Source of the DNA: Oikopleura dioica
Taxonomy: Eukaryota > Animalia > Chordata
Direction of reading: 5' to 3'
Length of the DNA: 64,000 bases
Assembly (NCBI GenBank): GCA_907165135.1
Contig: OU015567.1
Span: 10,292,001 to 10,356,000, forward strand
Shown here: in pieces, positions 14,601 to 28,870 of the stretch
How the letters are laid out: every line of letters starts with the position of its first letter
Position numbering within the stretch: position 1 is the first letter of the stretch
Notes under the pieces: model-generated
Database searches by the model: none
What the model was told of the DNA's origin: nothing
What the model saw: the letters and a program-made list of their open reading frames with translations, nothing else
Program-made: the position numbers and the translations under genes

Positions 14601-15293
14601 GCTATAATTATTTTATACTCGAGTCGACAATATAGAATATCTTCATTCACTTTATCTGTTTTTTTATAATTCATGAGCTTTAATACTGCGAGATATTTCC
14701 AATAAAAACATATTTCTTACCTCGTTATGTTTATTCACATTTCCCCAGCTTCCACCCTGAATAACTCGTTGCTTCATCAGTTATTTTGGCAACAGTTTAT
14801 TAAGTCTTCTATCAAAAACTGCTAGAAAGGATATTATTACCGATGGCCAGCGATCATCACGACCGGAGTGTCTTCCTTCGCGTGAATGACTGGAATCATC
14901 GTCATATCTGTCATGCTTCCACTTTCCTCCTCCTTTTAGAACTATTTATATTTTAACAGCCATGGTATATAAACCTCCTCGATCACCAGCCCGGTAATCG
15001 CGCTCGTCGCGTTGATATCGCCCGGAGTCGCCTCCTCTAGAGTTGTAATCCCTGCCGCCACGATGGTGATCGCCACGGTTGTAGTCATCCTCCTCATCGC
15101 CTCTACGGGGCCACTTGTCCTCTTGCTTGGAACTGCGATACTAAATCGATCCTTATTACACTTTTCCGTTTCGTTTTCCTCAGGTGCTGCTCCTGAGCTC
15201 CTGCCCATGTACCGAGTCATTCCTAGAATGGCCGCCTCGTCCACTGGATTCGCCAGCAGATTCCCAGTCACTCTTGCCGCCTCGCCAGGACAT
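8682..15293 (-). CDS. RBM10: RBM5/RBM10-family splicing regulator (R/D-rich N-terminus, 2 RRM, OCRE, C2H2 zinc finger, G-patch)
   Basis: G-patch [20 protein letters not shown]; C2H2 [20 protein letters not shown]; [25 protein letters not shown]; RRM2 TMIVRNL; RRM1 [15 protein letters not shown]; [10 protein letters not shown]. Orthology between RBM5 and RBM10 is not resolved. Confidence 0.9.
10120..11390. repeat. Degenerate 21-bp minisatellite tracts flanking the hairpin
   Basis: Units like (c)aatcctggcttcaccaacttc at ~10120-10250; reverse-complement units (gaagccaggattga) at ~10500-10545 and ~11190-11390. Confidence 0.65.
10538..11189. repeat. Long near-perfect inverted repeat (289-bp arms, 74-bp spacer)
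   Basis: 10538-10826 is the reverse complement of 10901-11189; two mismatches spotted by eye. Confidence 0.95.
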
Positions 15294-16131
15294 GGTTCGT
15301 TGCCGATTTCAATGATTCACTTTTTATAATTCTAATAAAAATCAAGATTTTAATTTATCAATTAATAATTTTTAATAAGGACAGAACTTTGAACGAAGAA
15401 AGGAGAGTTTTAGCTGTGAGTTGAAGCAAGAATTAGAAAAATATATATGAATAGAAGTGATAGCCGAAGGAATCGCAACTGTAACTGTTTAACTGTAGTG
15501 AAAGTGATAAGATATCAGGCAAATGAGGCTGAGGTCGGAAACGGGTACCTTGGGTACTTTGAATCGTTTGATAAGATTGGGAAAAGCGAAAATACAGATC
15601 GATTGTTAGAGGTAAATTAAGAAATCGTAGGCAAATAAAAGCTCACAGAGAAAGAAACTGATTGCGAATAGAAGTAAAATAAAGAAAAAACATAAATAAC
15701 AAATTGCATTTAAAGCGACACTAGAGATCATCTAATTTATTTCTTGAAAAAAAACCGTTAATCTTTATTTGAGAAATTTATTCTACGTTGACCTCATTTT
15801 TCTTAATTTGCAGCTCCAAATGCTTGAATGAAAAACGTAAACAAAAAATATAAGTAAAACACCCGCTAATTTTCCATTTTCAATAACGCGTAGCAACTGT
15901 AAATATACTGTACTTGTTAAACGAGTAGAAGTATAAATAAAAATAATAAGCTGACTATAGAGAAGAAAAACGCCATTTTTATCAATTTTTGTTGAAGATG
16001 ATTTACTTTGAAACTTGAACAGGCTAGGAAAGAGAGCTGGCACAGTTTATTATGAGTAGTTATTTTAAGTCAGAAGGGACTTGAATTTGGCAACATTGAC
16101 TTTCAGAGTTACTCGACATCGGAGAAGATCG

Positions 16132-19100
16132 CTAGCTTCCACTTCTCCATACAGAAATACAAATGACATCTTTATTCTCTGCGTCTCGTGGGTTTTTGTG
16201 CCCTTGGCCGATTGAAAACAGAAGGGTTGCCTGGCTATGCAGATTTTTCTTGCTAGACGATGCTGTTGCGTGGTCAAGGCCAGAATCAGAGGAGCTCAAG
16301 ATTGAGGGGACTATTGAGTGGAGAGCAGCAACACGTCCAAGGTGACCGATGGCGGAAGCATGGGCGGGACCGACAATTGAGGGATTTGAAACTGCGAGTT
16401 TTGGAAGAGGGAGGACAATCACGATACCACTCGTTGTCCCGGCAACAAGGAAGTTTGCCATGGTTGTCAGATGGGAGACGCCAAACGAATGGCTCGCTTT
16501 GACAGTAAATGCACTAAAATATTACGTTACCCGCTGTACTCTATCACTTAACTACCTGTGGGAGAGATCAAAAGTCTGTAGAAGCTGCTTCGTATGCGCG
16601 TGGTAAAGGTAAAGAATCGGAAGATCTCCACGAGCAACCCAAACTCCAGTGCCTTTGCTAATCGATGCTGAGAGAGGAACAGAGCCGAGTTCCCGGCATG
16701 CAAACTCGTCCACAATATGCCCGCTAAAACCAAGTTAAAAGGTTGTTTCTTAGTTCGATCTCACTTTTTGATAGCCTTGACTTTTCCCGATCTCCATGCC
16801 CAGGTTTCCTCTTTTGAAGCAATAGGAATCAGACGCACTGGTGAGCCTGCATCCAAAACAAGATTTTCTAGCACAAGTGTTAAATCTCTCTGCTCTTCGT
16901 GATTGATGACAGCGAATGCCACAACTCCAGATTTCGTTGTTATCAAGAAACCGTTTTCACCATGAATTGTTGCTTGAACAACCTGGTCATCAGTTAGCTC
17001 TTTTGTCAACCCGAATCGTCTGAATGGAGGACAATCTTGCAAGGCCATTACGTCACCGTCCATCAAAAAGACCCAAACAGCATTGTACGCGTGCATTATC
17101 GATGAGATTGATGTCTTCGCCTGTATTGAGTGTATAAATGGGTCGAATCCGCGACCACGGAGGCGGTTCTGCTCGCTGACAATATCGTCTTCTTTTTGGA
17201 TGTGGGATATCTCGACAAAATCGTCATTAGCTTGCCAGACGTAAATACTTCCGTCGAATTCGGGAGAAGCGTAAGAACAAAATTGAGAATACTCGAGATC
17301 GCAGTTGGTCTGTTCGTTTCGAGGCCACACAGAACCAATGTAGACCGGCATAACTCGGTCAGCCCCTAAAATTTGATTGATTAGACCTTGAGGTTCTGGT
17401 AAAATTACATACCTGTCGTTGTTGAATCATCCTGCGGCGTCCTCCATGGAGTAAACGGCATTATCCTATCGTTAACGAGTCGTATTCTGACTGCCCTGAT
17501 AGCATCCATCCACTCTCTCGCATTTATTCCACTGCTGAACCGGACGTATTTCTTCATCCAGGGATCGTTCCGTATTCCCTCATTCTTCTGAATTGTGATT
17601 GTCGTCTGCACAGAAGAACCCACCAAATTCATGGATCTGTTCACCTTTTCTTTGAGAGAATCAAGCTCCTGAGTAAGCGTCTTTGTTTCCAAATTAGAAG
17701 ATAACTTCCCGACAAGTGACTCGATTTGAGATAAAGTCTCGAGATCAGATTGGATGCCGTCCCGGCTGCCGAGCTTTTTAGAAAGGTTTTCTTCGGAGAA
17801 GTCGCTGAGTCGAATGTCTTTCACATCACACCGCCATTTTAGTTTGCATCCTTCGATTTCAGAATCTTTTGATCCTTTATTGTTGGACTGCTTCTTTGGA
17901 TTGAGGAGAAACAAAAGCTTTCCCTTGTCAGTAAGAATGAGAATTCCATCGCGCAAGTCAACAACATCGCCATCTTTGTTACTCAGCTCCAAGACTTCCG
18001 TTGCTGGGCCGCATTTAATTACCCGTCCATTGTCTCCTTCCTGCCATTCGGTTTTGGACAGCTTCGCTAGCTTGTAGAAAAGCTGCCGTTGCTCCTGAAT
18101 TTCGCGTCGATAGTCAAGCTGCTCTGTAAGTTTATCCAGAGATGTGAGTGCTCCTTCTAGAGCGACTCTGTCAGGATGTTCAAAAGGAGTTGACTGGAGC
18201 AAATCTTGCAGGATGAGGAGAAATTGTGGAAAGCGTTGAACTGGCTTTAGCATCAGGCCAAAAAGGTTCAGATTGTCACCTACAGTGATTATTTGAAGGT
18301 AACGTTGACTTTAAAATACTACCTTGTGTTTCTTGTTGTTTGGTACAGAAATCAAAGAATGTTCTTCGCGCACAGAGCTTCTGCACAAGCTTCAATGTTT
18401 CAGGCAAGGCATTGATATAAGCGGAGTAGTGCTCAAGAACAGTTTGTTTGTCAAAAGTTCCAGTGAATATATCCCCAACACGCTGTGTCACATCCCAATC
18501 CATAATTGCCGAATCTAAAGGGTTAAAAATAATGAATATAATTTCAGACTTACCAAGAGCGATTTCAAAAAGTTTATGAAGGGAGTAGATAGGTGTTACT
18601 TTGCCGAAAATTCTATCCACATAACTTTTTTCGACTACTGGTTGCCGTAGTAACTGTTGGCGGTAATCGTGTTCCAGAATGCCCAAACTGTTAATATAGG
18701 CCTTTTCAGTTTGAACCAGACTTTGGAGTATGCGTCGGCGTTTGATATCATTATCTGTGGCTCCACTGGGTGGAGGCGGGAGGTGGCCCCATTCGACTTG
18801 AACCGACCGTCGGCGGTCGTGTTGTTGACCCTTAATAAATTCAGATTATTACTTCAACAAAAATTATAAACGGGTGAGTAGGATATGACCAAGAAGAAAA
18901 AATTTTGCTTGCTTAAATTGCATGAACTTTACCTGGAAATACGAGGATTCTCTGTACGCCCTTTTTTCTATTGCCGACCTTGGTCTTCTCTGAACATATC
19001 TGACCATTTCTTTCACCCTTGAAATCTTGGTGGCGTCTCTAAGCGTCGAACGAAAAGTATCTCTCAGCCTAATCAATCAATAAAGAAGGACATTAGCAAA

Positions 19101-21700
19101 TTGACTGACCTGGAAGTGATTTGGTGTGAGCCAGGTGTGGCCGACCCAGTGCGAGAATTGTCAGCATCGCCTCCATCAACACTGCCGTCCTCATCAATGC
19201 CTTCCTCACTAAATAAATATCAAAGATAGATTGGTTTTATTTGACAAGTTATTACCTTGTTTCGAGATCCCAGCTTCCTTTGCTCGAGCCAATGCTTCTA
19301 CCGCCTTCTGCGAAGGGACCAGAAGCGAGAGAGTCCGGGCGAGATCGGGAAGTTGAAGGTGTAGCATGATCAGCATCACGAAGGACTAGATCGATCGATG
19401 AAATTGAAGAGGACAAAGGGTAAGTTCAAAGAAATTTTATTCGGATTCGAGGAAATTCAATTATTTATTGATTTGCTGAGGCGATTTATAAAGGTGTTTT
19501 GAACCTAATCAGTGAGAGAAAAGAAGCAGTCCTGGATATGCTGCGATGATCCGATGCTAAATCTGATAGGCTTTGCAAGTCCGAGTGGCTAAAATCACGT
19601 GTTTTTAATGAGACGGTCTAGCTGACACGGAGATATAAACCTGGTGCTAAATGATCGTCGAAAAAGGTTTATTCCCTTTCCGCCTGTGAGGTCTTTTGAC
19701 GACCTAGAAAACTTCCGACAAAGATTTGACAGACTTCCTCCACACTCACTTCTTGCTCGTTGCCTAATGTCAATCATTTTCAAAAGTAACACAGTACAGC
19801 TTGCTACTGAAAGTAGCTATGTAGGGGGTCAGGACGGGTTCAAAAAGGCTCGTTTATCAAAAGTGATCCCTTAGATAGGCTATCTAACTCATTTAAAATC
19901 ATCACTTGGCTTTTTTCTTGCCTCTTAGCTGATAAAGGCCCAGTATTTTGAAGATTCACGGCTTACAAATATAATCGTCAAATTCATATAATTATTCTGG
20001 CTAAGATAAATAATTTGTGCTTTATTTCATGAGTTAAATCAATATAAACGAAGCTTTTTGGCCCTTCCTGACCAAATCTTTATTTAATCACTACCTCGCA
20101 GAGACTCTCGGCGTCTCCTCGACACCAATTCGGTGTGGCCCATCTTTGAATAAAATAGGACTTTTATGGTAAATCTTTCGGCCCGTATCTTTGTCGTAAA
20201 ATTGTCTTTTTACAAGGTTCGCACGAGATCTTTAATATAACAATCATCATACGCGTAAAACCATTTTCTAAAGTCCACATCTGTATTGAAAGGCATTTCT
20301 CTCTGTATGTGAGGATGCTGGCTTAGCAACTCTCAGACTGCCTGCGTCATGAAATCTGCCTGCTCATGACCTTATAGTGTTGCTTCAGGCACACAGGCAC
20401 TGCGCATCTGAGCTTATAAGCAACTGTCTAAGGCGTGTTTTTATGTAGCATAGGAAAAAAATTAAGAGAAAAAACGCTCCCTCGTGAAAAATAAGTAAGG
20501 GTTAGGGGCTTACCTCTTCTGTATGGACTTGACCCTTTTGAAAATTGATCTCTTTGTTCATCCTCAAAATCGTCCTCTATTTGGTATTCTTCTGCCGAAT
20601 CATCGTCAAACGAATCAGCATTCTCAACATCGCCCCAAACTTCCGTTGAAGTTTCGAGCGTATTGTCAAGGTCCTGCTCCAGTTGATCTTCATAGTTGTG
20701 ATTAATTGACCACTGCCGTCTCATGTCCATTGTATTGAACTGACATCGGTCTACTGTTTCGTAACCACTGGGCGCACTTGGCTGACTATCGTTGGGAATA
20801 TGCGAGTTTCTGAAGCCTGATCGAGATTCAGAAATCGGTGGCGGTGGTGGAGGAGGCGCAGGACGGAAGGAAGATGATCTGGAGACAGGATTAGAAAGAG
20901 CTGAAGGAAGAAATTTATCGAGGACGATTGTGATATTTCTTACATGTATGAGATCGTCTCAAAGGCACTGGTGGAGGCGATGGTTTCCGATGAGGTGATG
21001 TTGGTGCGGATATGGGTAGAGGTGGAGCAGAGACTGGAGGAGGCGGGAAGAACGAGTCCTCGTTTTCGTGATCAGGAGAGAGTGGCGGTTGCGGACAAGG
21101 AGGAGCTGGAGGCCGGGAATTATTGTTGTCGAATGCTTGCGACCGAGCCGTATTGTACATTGTATCGGCATCGAACGCGCTCATTGAAGATCTCTCTGAG
21201 CCCGCTCGCGGTGATGACATGGGGCTGTCTTGCGGGCTATTCATACAAGGGATTACCACCGAAAGAAAAAAGTCGACTCACCCTGCGTACTCGACAAAGG
21301 CTCTAGCTACAGCCGCGGTATGCTCCACATTGGAAGCCAGTAGAGTGTGGGTTTTCTTTATTGAATTCGTCGGAGTAGTTAATTCAGGCTCAAGAATTTG
21401 TTCTCGTGAGCCCCAAGCACCTTGGAGAAAAACTTGGTCGTTGTTGTCATTCCAGTCGCGAGCGTCACGAGGGTTAAAGCTCGATGCATCTGATTGAAAT
21501 CGCCTAAATGTCAGATGAGAAAGTGTAGTCTGGTAAAGAAGCTTACTGATTGCCGTGAAGATTGTCTATGCTTGTTCCGGAGCTGAGCGTTTTCAAAGGC
21601 AACTTTTGCTGAACTGTATCTAAGGCCTTTTGCGTTTCATTTTTCAATTGTTTCGAGAGCTTTTGAGTGGTCTTCTTCGACTTCTTTATTCCTAAAAACT
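16132..21700 (-). CDS. ARHGEF10: ARHGEF10/ARHGEF10L-like Rho guanine nucleotide exchange factor (DH, PH-like, C-terminal WD40-like region); 5' extent uncertain
   Basis: DH domain: RRRILQSLVQTEKAY..; MLKPVQRFPQFLLILQDLLQSTPFEHPDRVALEGAL. C-terminus LVAGTTSGIVIVLPLPKL..GHLGRV..SIGQGH..ISVW. The core 16132-19400 is well supported; the acidic/Pro-rich exons at 20430-21700 are only tentatively attached. Confidence 0.82.
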
Positions 21701-23681
21701 TGTTAACAAAGGCATCGACCATTGATCGTATAATTATCTTGAAATTCGTTACCTGATCGGATTGAACTTCGCCATTTCGCTACGCGAGAAAATTTAGATT
21801 CGCCAGATTCCTCATGGTTATCAACCGAATTTTCACTAGCATTCGTACTCATCACCCATCCTACAATCGAACGAAGCGAGAGTCTGAAAAATACAAATAT
21901 TAATCCGCTGCAATAGTGAACATTCAGCAAGTTTTGAAACCAAAGGTCATTTCTTGTTTTCACTATAAGTTAGATGTATCTCTCTCTTTTTCGTAATAAT
22001 CAAGCCTCTCGGAAAAAGCGTAACACTACCCACGATCGATCAAAATTGGAAAAATGAACCTTTACTACTTTCAAATCTAATAAAAAAGAAAGACCGCCGC
22101 GATGTTTCTGAGAACCAAGAAAACCAAAAATGGATCATTCTCAAAAGTTGCAGTGCCAACATCAAATTATTATCTTGCAAATTTGGCGGTGTCTCTTGTT
22201 CTTGGTAAAATTCTTTTTGATACAACGGGAAAAAGATTTATTTTAGGAGATAAGAAAGCTTTACGATATGAGTTTAAGTTTCATTTATGAACCTGGCCTT
22301 TTGTTGATTTCCGTTTCTCTTTGAAATTTGCTCTGAATATGCGATTTAAAGCTAGGAGATTTTCGGAGCGCACTAATAAATGCTCGTTTTGTGCTCTGCT
22401 GATTTTGACCGATCTTTTTGACGCTCTCACAAGGAGAGCTTTACATCTTGACAGCTAAGTATTTTATTTTTCGGTTTCGCGCACCACTGGGCACTATCCT
22501 TAGGCGAGTAAATATGGCTGCTCGCCAAAAAAGAAGATTCAAGTTTCATCGTCATTTATAATCATAATGAAATCCGATCTCCTGAATATTCAAAAGAGAT
22601 CCTCATAAAGTGAATCTTCATAAGAGACAAGTCTTCGTTGATTTCTCTGATCTCCCAAACGCGCCTCAAAGGGTACCAGAAAAAGCTATCGAGAATAAAA
22701 TCTTTGGTACTCACCTCTTAGGCATTTATCAGCCCAATTTGAAAATGAAAAAGAAACTAGATCGATCGGAGAGGCCTTAGCCGGGATCATTTCAGCTGAA
22801 CTCTAGTTCTAACACAAACACTATCCGAAGGGCGATGAAAAATTTATGAAAAGAGGTGAATTTTTGATAGATTGAATTGAATAGAGGGCGAGATGTGTGG
22901 CCTAGAATGCTTAAACTGAATTGATCCGCGGTTGACTCACATTTTGACTGCAAAATCACTAACGACTCACTTGGAAGGTCAAAAAGTTTCTCAAAAGCTC
23001 AAGTCACTCGTTTGATTCTGCATTCTCTAATTCGGAATATTCAAATAAAATTCTACCGGTATACGTCAATGTTATTCACGCTCACTTCAATGTGAATTTG
23101 GCACGAGTCTCTAAAGTTTCTTCTTCCTGTCTTTTTTTCAAGCGGCGACGGTTTTTCAGTAAAATCTACGTATAATAATACCGCCTTTGTGGTGTCGGTG
23201 TGGCAAAGGGGAAAAGTGTTGTTTGAATGGAGCTGGGTGACCTCTAAGCCTCTTGTGTCACTGTCAAGGGTTATTCGGCGGTTAAACGGCAGTAAAAAAT
23301 GTAAGATTGAATCACAACGTGCTAGCTAACGTAGTATTATAGCAATTTTATTATCCGAACATATTAGGCATCAAAAGGGAGTGTCACACAAACAAGCATC
23401 AAGGGAAAAGGTAGTGTTTGAATGGTAAAACGAAGAAACTGACGATCGAAGAGGAGTATTTTCAATTATTTTCTTATCTTTATTCTTGTCTATGATAGCA
23501 GTTGAACATTGAATCTTATTGCAACAAGAATCGAAAAATTGCCTCTTTAATTACATGAATGTAGCTACTGAAAAAGTTTTTGAGAAGTCAGAAAGAATAT
23601 TTGAATGAATAGTGTTTATGATTGAATTTTCAGAGGAAAGATAGCGGAATAAAATGAAACATAGCATAAGGAATTTTTTTA

Positions 23682-25583
23682 TCACAACAAATTTTGTGCT
23701 TGAGTAGGTGGTGCTGCTTGATTAGATCCACCAGAAGGTGGTTCAATGCCAGCCTGGTAAGAGGGCATTGGTTGCTGCTGGTAGGCTCCCGCTGCTTGTT
23801 GCTGATGTTGTGGAACTTGTTGATGGTGCTGTAGGAGCGAAGCATCCGTTACTGGTGGTGTCGGTGGTGGAGCGGTGGGCTCATAGGGTCCGTTATAGGG
23901 AGATCCGGTACTGTACGCACTAGGCGGTGGAGTAAAATATTGCTGTTGTTGCGGATGGAAATTCGCTTGAGGCTGCGTGGCGAACATGTTTTGTGCGGAT
24001 GCATTTGGCGGGAGATTTCCCATCGTATATCCTCGACTCTGGATCTGAGATTGATAGGCTTGCTGGTTTATGTGTTGGTTCATTTCCGCAGGCTGGGGGG
24101 TCTCTACTGGCTGGTAGCCTTGAGAGTATTGGTGAACTTGTTGAGGAGCGTATTGTTGGCCAGGTGCATACTTATTTTTTCATTATCGAAAGAAGAAATG
24201 GCAGAGTTTTACCTGCATAGACATTGAAGCCATAGAGTTGGTCAGCTGTGGTATGTAAGATGAATTCATCGTCGAGAGTTGATCCTGCATCAAGGAGTCG
24301 TAAAGCTGCAGACATTGTAAAATCTTTTCATTTAATTGTGTCAGTTCCAGCTGCTCAGTATCCATTTCAGACAATTTTGAATCAATAATAGCACCTGAAA
24401 AGTATTCCGCCATAAAAAAAGTTCAACCATCGCAGAGTTCATTTGCTTACCCATTTTAGAGCAGATCTCTTCGTTCTGTAGCATTTCAGCAGAGTCCTTT
24501 TCTTCTGACGGATCAGCAGACTCGACCTGTTCAAGAGTCTTATCGAGCAAGGCCTCGTCGACTTTGATAACGACTTTGTTCTCAGACTTCTTGGGCGGCT
24601 CTGTTTTCTGATCAAGCGTTTTGGTTACGAAATTCGCTGGGAATAAACCTAAATTGATTGTAAATTTTGACATGAATTCGTCAACTGAGCTCACCGGATT
24701 TTCCATTGAGCGATCCCTCCCACCAGTTTGGATCACACTCTTCAATCAGCGTGATAATGTCGTTTGCTTTGAAAGTCAGCTCATTGTCCTCCACCGCTTC
24801 GAAGTCGTACAGCGCCTTGACTTTGACGGCCTTTTCAGCGTTTGGCGAGGTTTGAAGAGTCGAGTAGTACAAGCTAGGCGTTTGTTGTTTCACCTTCGAA
24901 TGCGTAAGTGTTTTCTTCCTTCATTAATAGTACCTTTGTTGTCTGTTTCTTTGCTTCTTCTTCTTGGAGACTCAGTTGAAGGGCGAGAGCTAAATCATCC
25001 GCTTCTTTTTGACTGTCGACTGCATCTGGATTTGTTGTCATTTGCCGCCGTTCGCTTTTCGGCTCCGGGAAATGCGTCCCGTTTGCGCGTAAGAAATGAT
25101 AGAAGCTAGACAAAATCAGCATCAAAGATAGAAGGGTGGACTTACCTAACGATCATTGAAAGTTCGCTATCGTGCTCAAACTCTTTGGTCCATTTGAGAA
25201 TCAGTTCTTTGCACTTTTCGCCGACAAGGTCGTTTCTGCCAACGATGGGCCTCAGTTCATTGATAAATTCTTGGCTGCATACGTTTCGCTGGAATTCTCG
25301 GCCTGAGTTTGAAGTTGCTGCATCCAGTACAACAAGAGCTTTAAGCCAAATGTTAAAACACGAAAAGGAAAACGGAGTAGACGAAACCTTGAAGAGCGAC
25401 GCGAGGTATTTTATGCTGTATTTTCTTAGTTATTGAGGCCAAGCAGTCTTTAGCGTTCTTAGGAGACACTCGAGCTTTATCACAAATAGATAAAATTAAG
25501 CTCCAGTCCTCTGTAACCACGTTTTCGTTACAGGCCTTGTCTAACAGGGGATCGAACGGACTTGAATTTCCAAAAAGACCCAT
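23682..25583 (-). CDS. STAM: STAM (signal transducing adaptor molecule, ESCRT-0): VHS-UIM-SH3-coiled coil-Q/P-rich tail
   Basis: MGLFGNSSPFDPLLDKA..TEDWSLILSICD (VHS); EADDLALALQLSLQE (UIM); KALYDFEAVEDNELTFKANDII..NWWEG (SH3); Q/P/Y-rich C-terminus. Confidence 0.95.
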
Positions 25584-25730
25584 TTCTTATTCTAAAAATT
25601 TCGCATTTATTTCGATATTGCTAGAAAAATAAACTTTTGTCAGTAATAGAAAAATAAGTTCGAAGAAGAATAGAGCAGTTTAAAAAATAGAAAGGCCTAA
25701 GGAATGCAGCAAAGAAGGTAGAAAAGCAGC

Positions 25731-28700
25731 TCAATAAAAGTAATTTAGGTTCAAATCTGTGGATTCTGGAATCAATTCTTGTTTTGTAGGGCTGGTTTCT
25801 GCGCCAAGTAAATGCGCTACCTTGTCATTTTTCGTTTTGATAGCGACATCCAGCGCAGTTTCTTTCGCCCGGGATAGAATCGTCAAGTCAGCGCCATTTT
25901 CAAGCAGAATTTTCGCCGTATTAACGAGTCCATTCTTCGCGGTAAGGTGCAAGCACGTCTCTCCCTGAGCGTTTTTTTCGTTCACGCCAAATGTTGCGAG
26001 AAGATTCTTCAGTGCTTCATCGTTTCCGGAGGCGACAGCGGCATGAAGAGGAAATGCTTCGTTTTTCATTAATTTTTCGTAAGGCAGATTCCATCGTTCG
26101 ATAAATTCGGCTGAAATTTAAAATATTCCTATCTGCTAACCACAGCTGGAGTCTACGAGCTCTCGAGACGCAATATCCCGATCACGTGACTAGACTTACC
26201 CATGTGCTTGTTTACTCGCAGGGCGATTTCTTTCACTTCTTCGAGTAGTTGGCTCCAGCCGGACTCGGTGAACTTTGTTTTCATGCTTTCAAGAAGCAAC
26301 TTGACGGATGCAATATCACCAGACTCTACGGCCAGATGGAGGCCACTGAAATAATACAGTGAAAATCCAAAATTTGCCCACCCAAAATTTGGCCGCTTTT
26401 TGTCTAAATCCGCCTTTATTGGAACCTGGAATCAACCCAAAATTTGGCCGCTTTTTCAAAAATAAAAAAATTTTCATCAGAATCGGACCTAAATGATGCT
26501 ATTTCCGATCATTTTAAGCTTTTTAGGGTGTTTTAGTCATTTAAAATGACGAAATTCTCATAAGAATGTCTTCAAACAAGCAAAAATTTGAATAAATTCG
26601 TCAAAAATCATGCCGATTTTCGAAAATTTCGAAACTTTGCTTTTTGAAGGGGAAACTTGGCTACCCGGCATAAAACCCAAAATTTGGCCGCTTTTTTCGG
26701 GAATTTACATCTGAAAACCGGCCAATTTTTGGGTTTTCACTGTACTCAAAATCGAAAAGTAGGTTATCGAGTGTACCTAAATCCGTCCTTATCAGTCGCC
26801 ATCACATCAGCTTTGAATCGGAGCAGGGTCTCCACACAATCAGTCTCACCATGCCAGCATGCGTAGTGAAGCGGACTCCAACCCTGAAGGACAAAATTAC
26901 TCTCTCGAACTTTATCCTTGCGTTTGTTTACGAGAAAACGCGGGAAAAACGCCACTTTGCTCAAAATTAACAAAAAGTCTCTAGAACGTAATCCCTTGCT
27001 GAGCTTGTTTTGAAAATATTTTCGAAAGTGCTTCAGTTTTGTTTTTTCGGTTTTCAGTACAACCACGTTTCGTTAAAAATATGATGCCATTTGTTCGTTT
27101 CGCCACGCCTATTCTCCGAAGAACTTTTGCATCAAGGCATGGGACTATTTAATTCCAATATACGATTCCGGTAAAACGGAAAGAAATAGCCCGTTTTAAG
27201 AACTCAAACTCATGCTGGTATGAATGCGATTCTTGGTGTCATTCTCTCTGGTGGCTTTTTGGCTGCGATGGAAAAACGGTGAGTAGCGAAAAATTGACTG
27301 AGAAATGAGTAGACTAATTGACATTTTGAAAATTATCGAAGGCCGCTGAGAACGGTTTCAGCAGGGTTCAAAATGTAGCAATATAATGCTGCTACATGCT
27401 ACACGTGCTACATCCCTCAAAAAAATTCCCTGCTACATGCTACATGTGCTACATCCCCTCAGAAAAATCGCTGCTACATGCTACACTTGCTACATAAAAT
27501 ATAAAAAAAAATATTTTTTTCGCGAAATTTTTAAAGTCAAACTAGATTACTTTTTAGCTAATAAACACTGTAAGGTATCAAAAGAGACGTTGAAAATAGT
27601 ATGAGGCTGAAAAATCGTCTCTTCCGACAAATTTCACTGTAAAATGTATTCTTGTCATGTTTTTGTTGAAATATTGCATTCTAGAACAAAATTGTTGCTT
27701 TCTCACGAAAATTTTCTGCAGAATTTCGGAGTCAATAATAACAATTCTGCTCTGGAATTTTCTTTAAGCGAACAAAAATCTTCACCCCCAAAAAAATATA
27801 GCAATGTAGCAAGCTACCCTTTGCTACACGTTTTTTGAACGCTGCTACATGCTACACCTGCTACATCAGCATGTAGCAAATATGTAGCAATTGCTACATT
27901 GCTACATTACTACACTGCTACATTTGGAACCCTGGGTTTCAGACCAAATGACCCGGTGTTAATTTGGTTCAAATTAATGGCGAACTTTCGAAACCAACTA
28001 ACGATACATTTTCAGATATCCAGGCTCGACTGGTCTCGGACAAGCTTTACCTTCGACATCAGAGAAGAATTGACAGTGTCAACGTCCATCCCGCTCTCCA
28101 AAGCGCTTCTGATGAAGTTCTCTGCGCCATGACTGGCCGCGATATGAAGAGCCGTTCTTCCCTTTGCATCGACTGCGTCCAAGGGAAGCTTGTATTCTGA
28201 AGAAGGCATGAATAAATCGTTCGTTTTCTGTTCAAATTATGAATCAAAGAGTGACTCTCGTAATGCGATTCACTCTTTCATTTGTTTTTATGTCTTATTA
28301 TAAGCAAGATTTGATTAAGGGAGTAGAATAATGGAGGGATTAAAAAACTGAAAAGCGCTTTGGCCCTGGCACTCACTTGTGTAAGCTTGGATTAAATTAT
28401 GAGCATCCCGCTGGGCTGCGCAATGCAGAGGCGTCCATTCATTCTTTGGCAGCGTCGCAAAAGGGTCAGCGCCTCTATACAAGAGGACCAGGCTGCAGTT
28501 CAACTTGTTCAGCTGCGCGGCAAGGTGGAGAAGGGTTAAACTCTTTTAGGGAGATTTATAAAGATAAATATCTTATTGGCATTAGCATTCAGTTGCGTCC
28601 TTTTAGGCTGCTATCAACCATCAAGCAAGGCTAAAGCCAAGATAATGGTCAGCCATAAGAAAATCGAGAATACCGCATAAGGCGGCGTGAGAAACCCGCA

Positions 28701-28870
28701 AGATATCATACGCATCTCGCCGATGCACGCTAATTTTCTACATTACCAGTTCTGCATTAATAAAAAACCTGCCTGTTCATTTCGCAAACTGATCAACCTC
28801 GGATTCTCCTTTATCGCATTATCAAGCGCCCTGTCATTGTCTGTTTGCAACAACTGTATGATTGCCTGAC
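25731..28870 (-). CDS. Ankyrin-repeat protein (at least 6 repeats), multi-exon; start not located
   Basis: Exons containing WTPLHCAA, GRTALHIAA, GWSPLHYAC, LHLAV, FPLHAAV and GETCLHLTA ankyrin motifs. Confidence 0.85.
26357..26742. mobile_element. Tc1/mariner-like MITE in an ankyrin-gene intron
   Basis: TIR CAGTGAAAA(T/C)CCAAAA at both ends; flanking TA at 26355-56 and 26743-44; internal repeats CCCAAAATTTGGCCGCTTTTT (3 copies). Confidence 0.85.
27362..27934. mobile_element. hAT-like MITE in an ankyrin-gene intron
   Basis: 19-bp TIR CAGGGTTC(A/C)AAATGTAGCA with 1 mismatch; 8-bp TSD GGTTTCAG at 27354-61 and 27935-42; many subterminal GCTACAT/GCTACAC repeats. Confidence 0.92.

Noticed and set aside
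14080-14700. Possible nested plus-strand gene in an RBM5/10 intron
   Set aside because: Only short open stretches needing a 29-nt intron, and no recognisable motif.
16065-16277. ORF that looked like the RhoGEF C-terminus
   Set aside because: The overlapping frame 16132-16461 carries the ARHGEF10-like motifs; this one has none.
17140-17156. GGGTCGAATCC resembling a tRNA T-loop
   Set aside because: Lies within RhoGEF coding sequence with no cloverleaf around it.
23200-23430. Imperfect ~25-bp direct repeat (aagggaaaag..gtttgaatgg) about 190 bp apart
   Set aside because: Two degenerate copies only; cannot be distinguished from chance.
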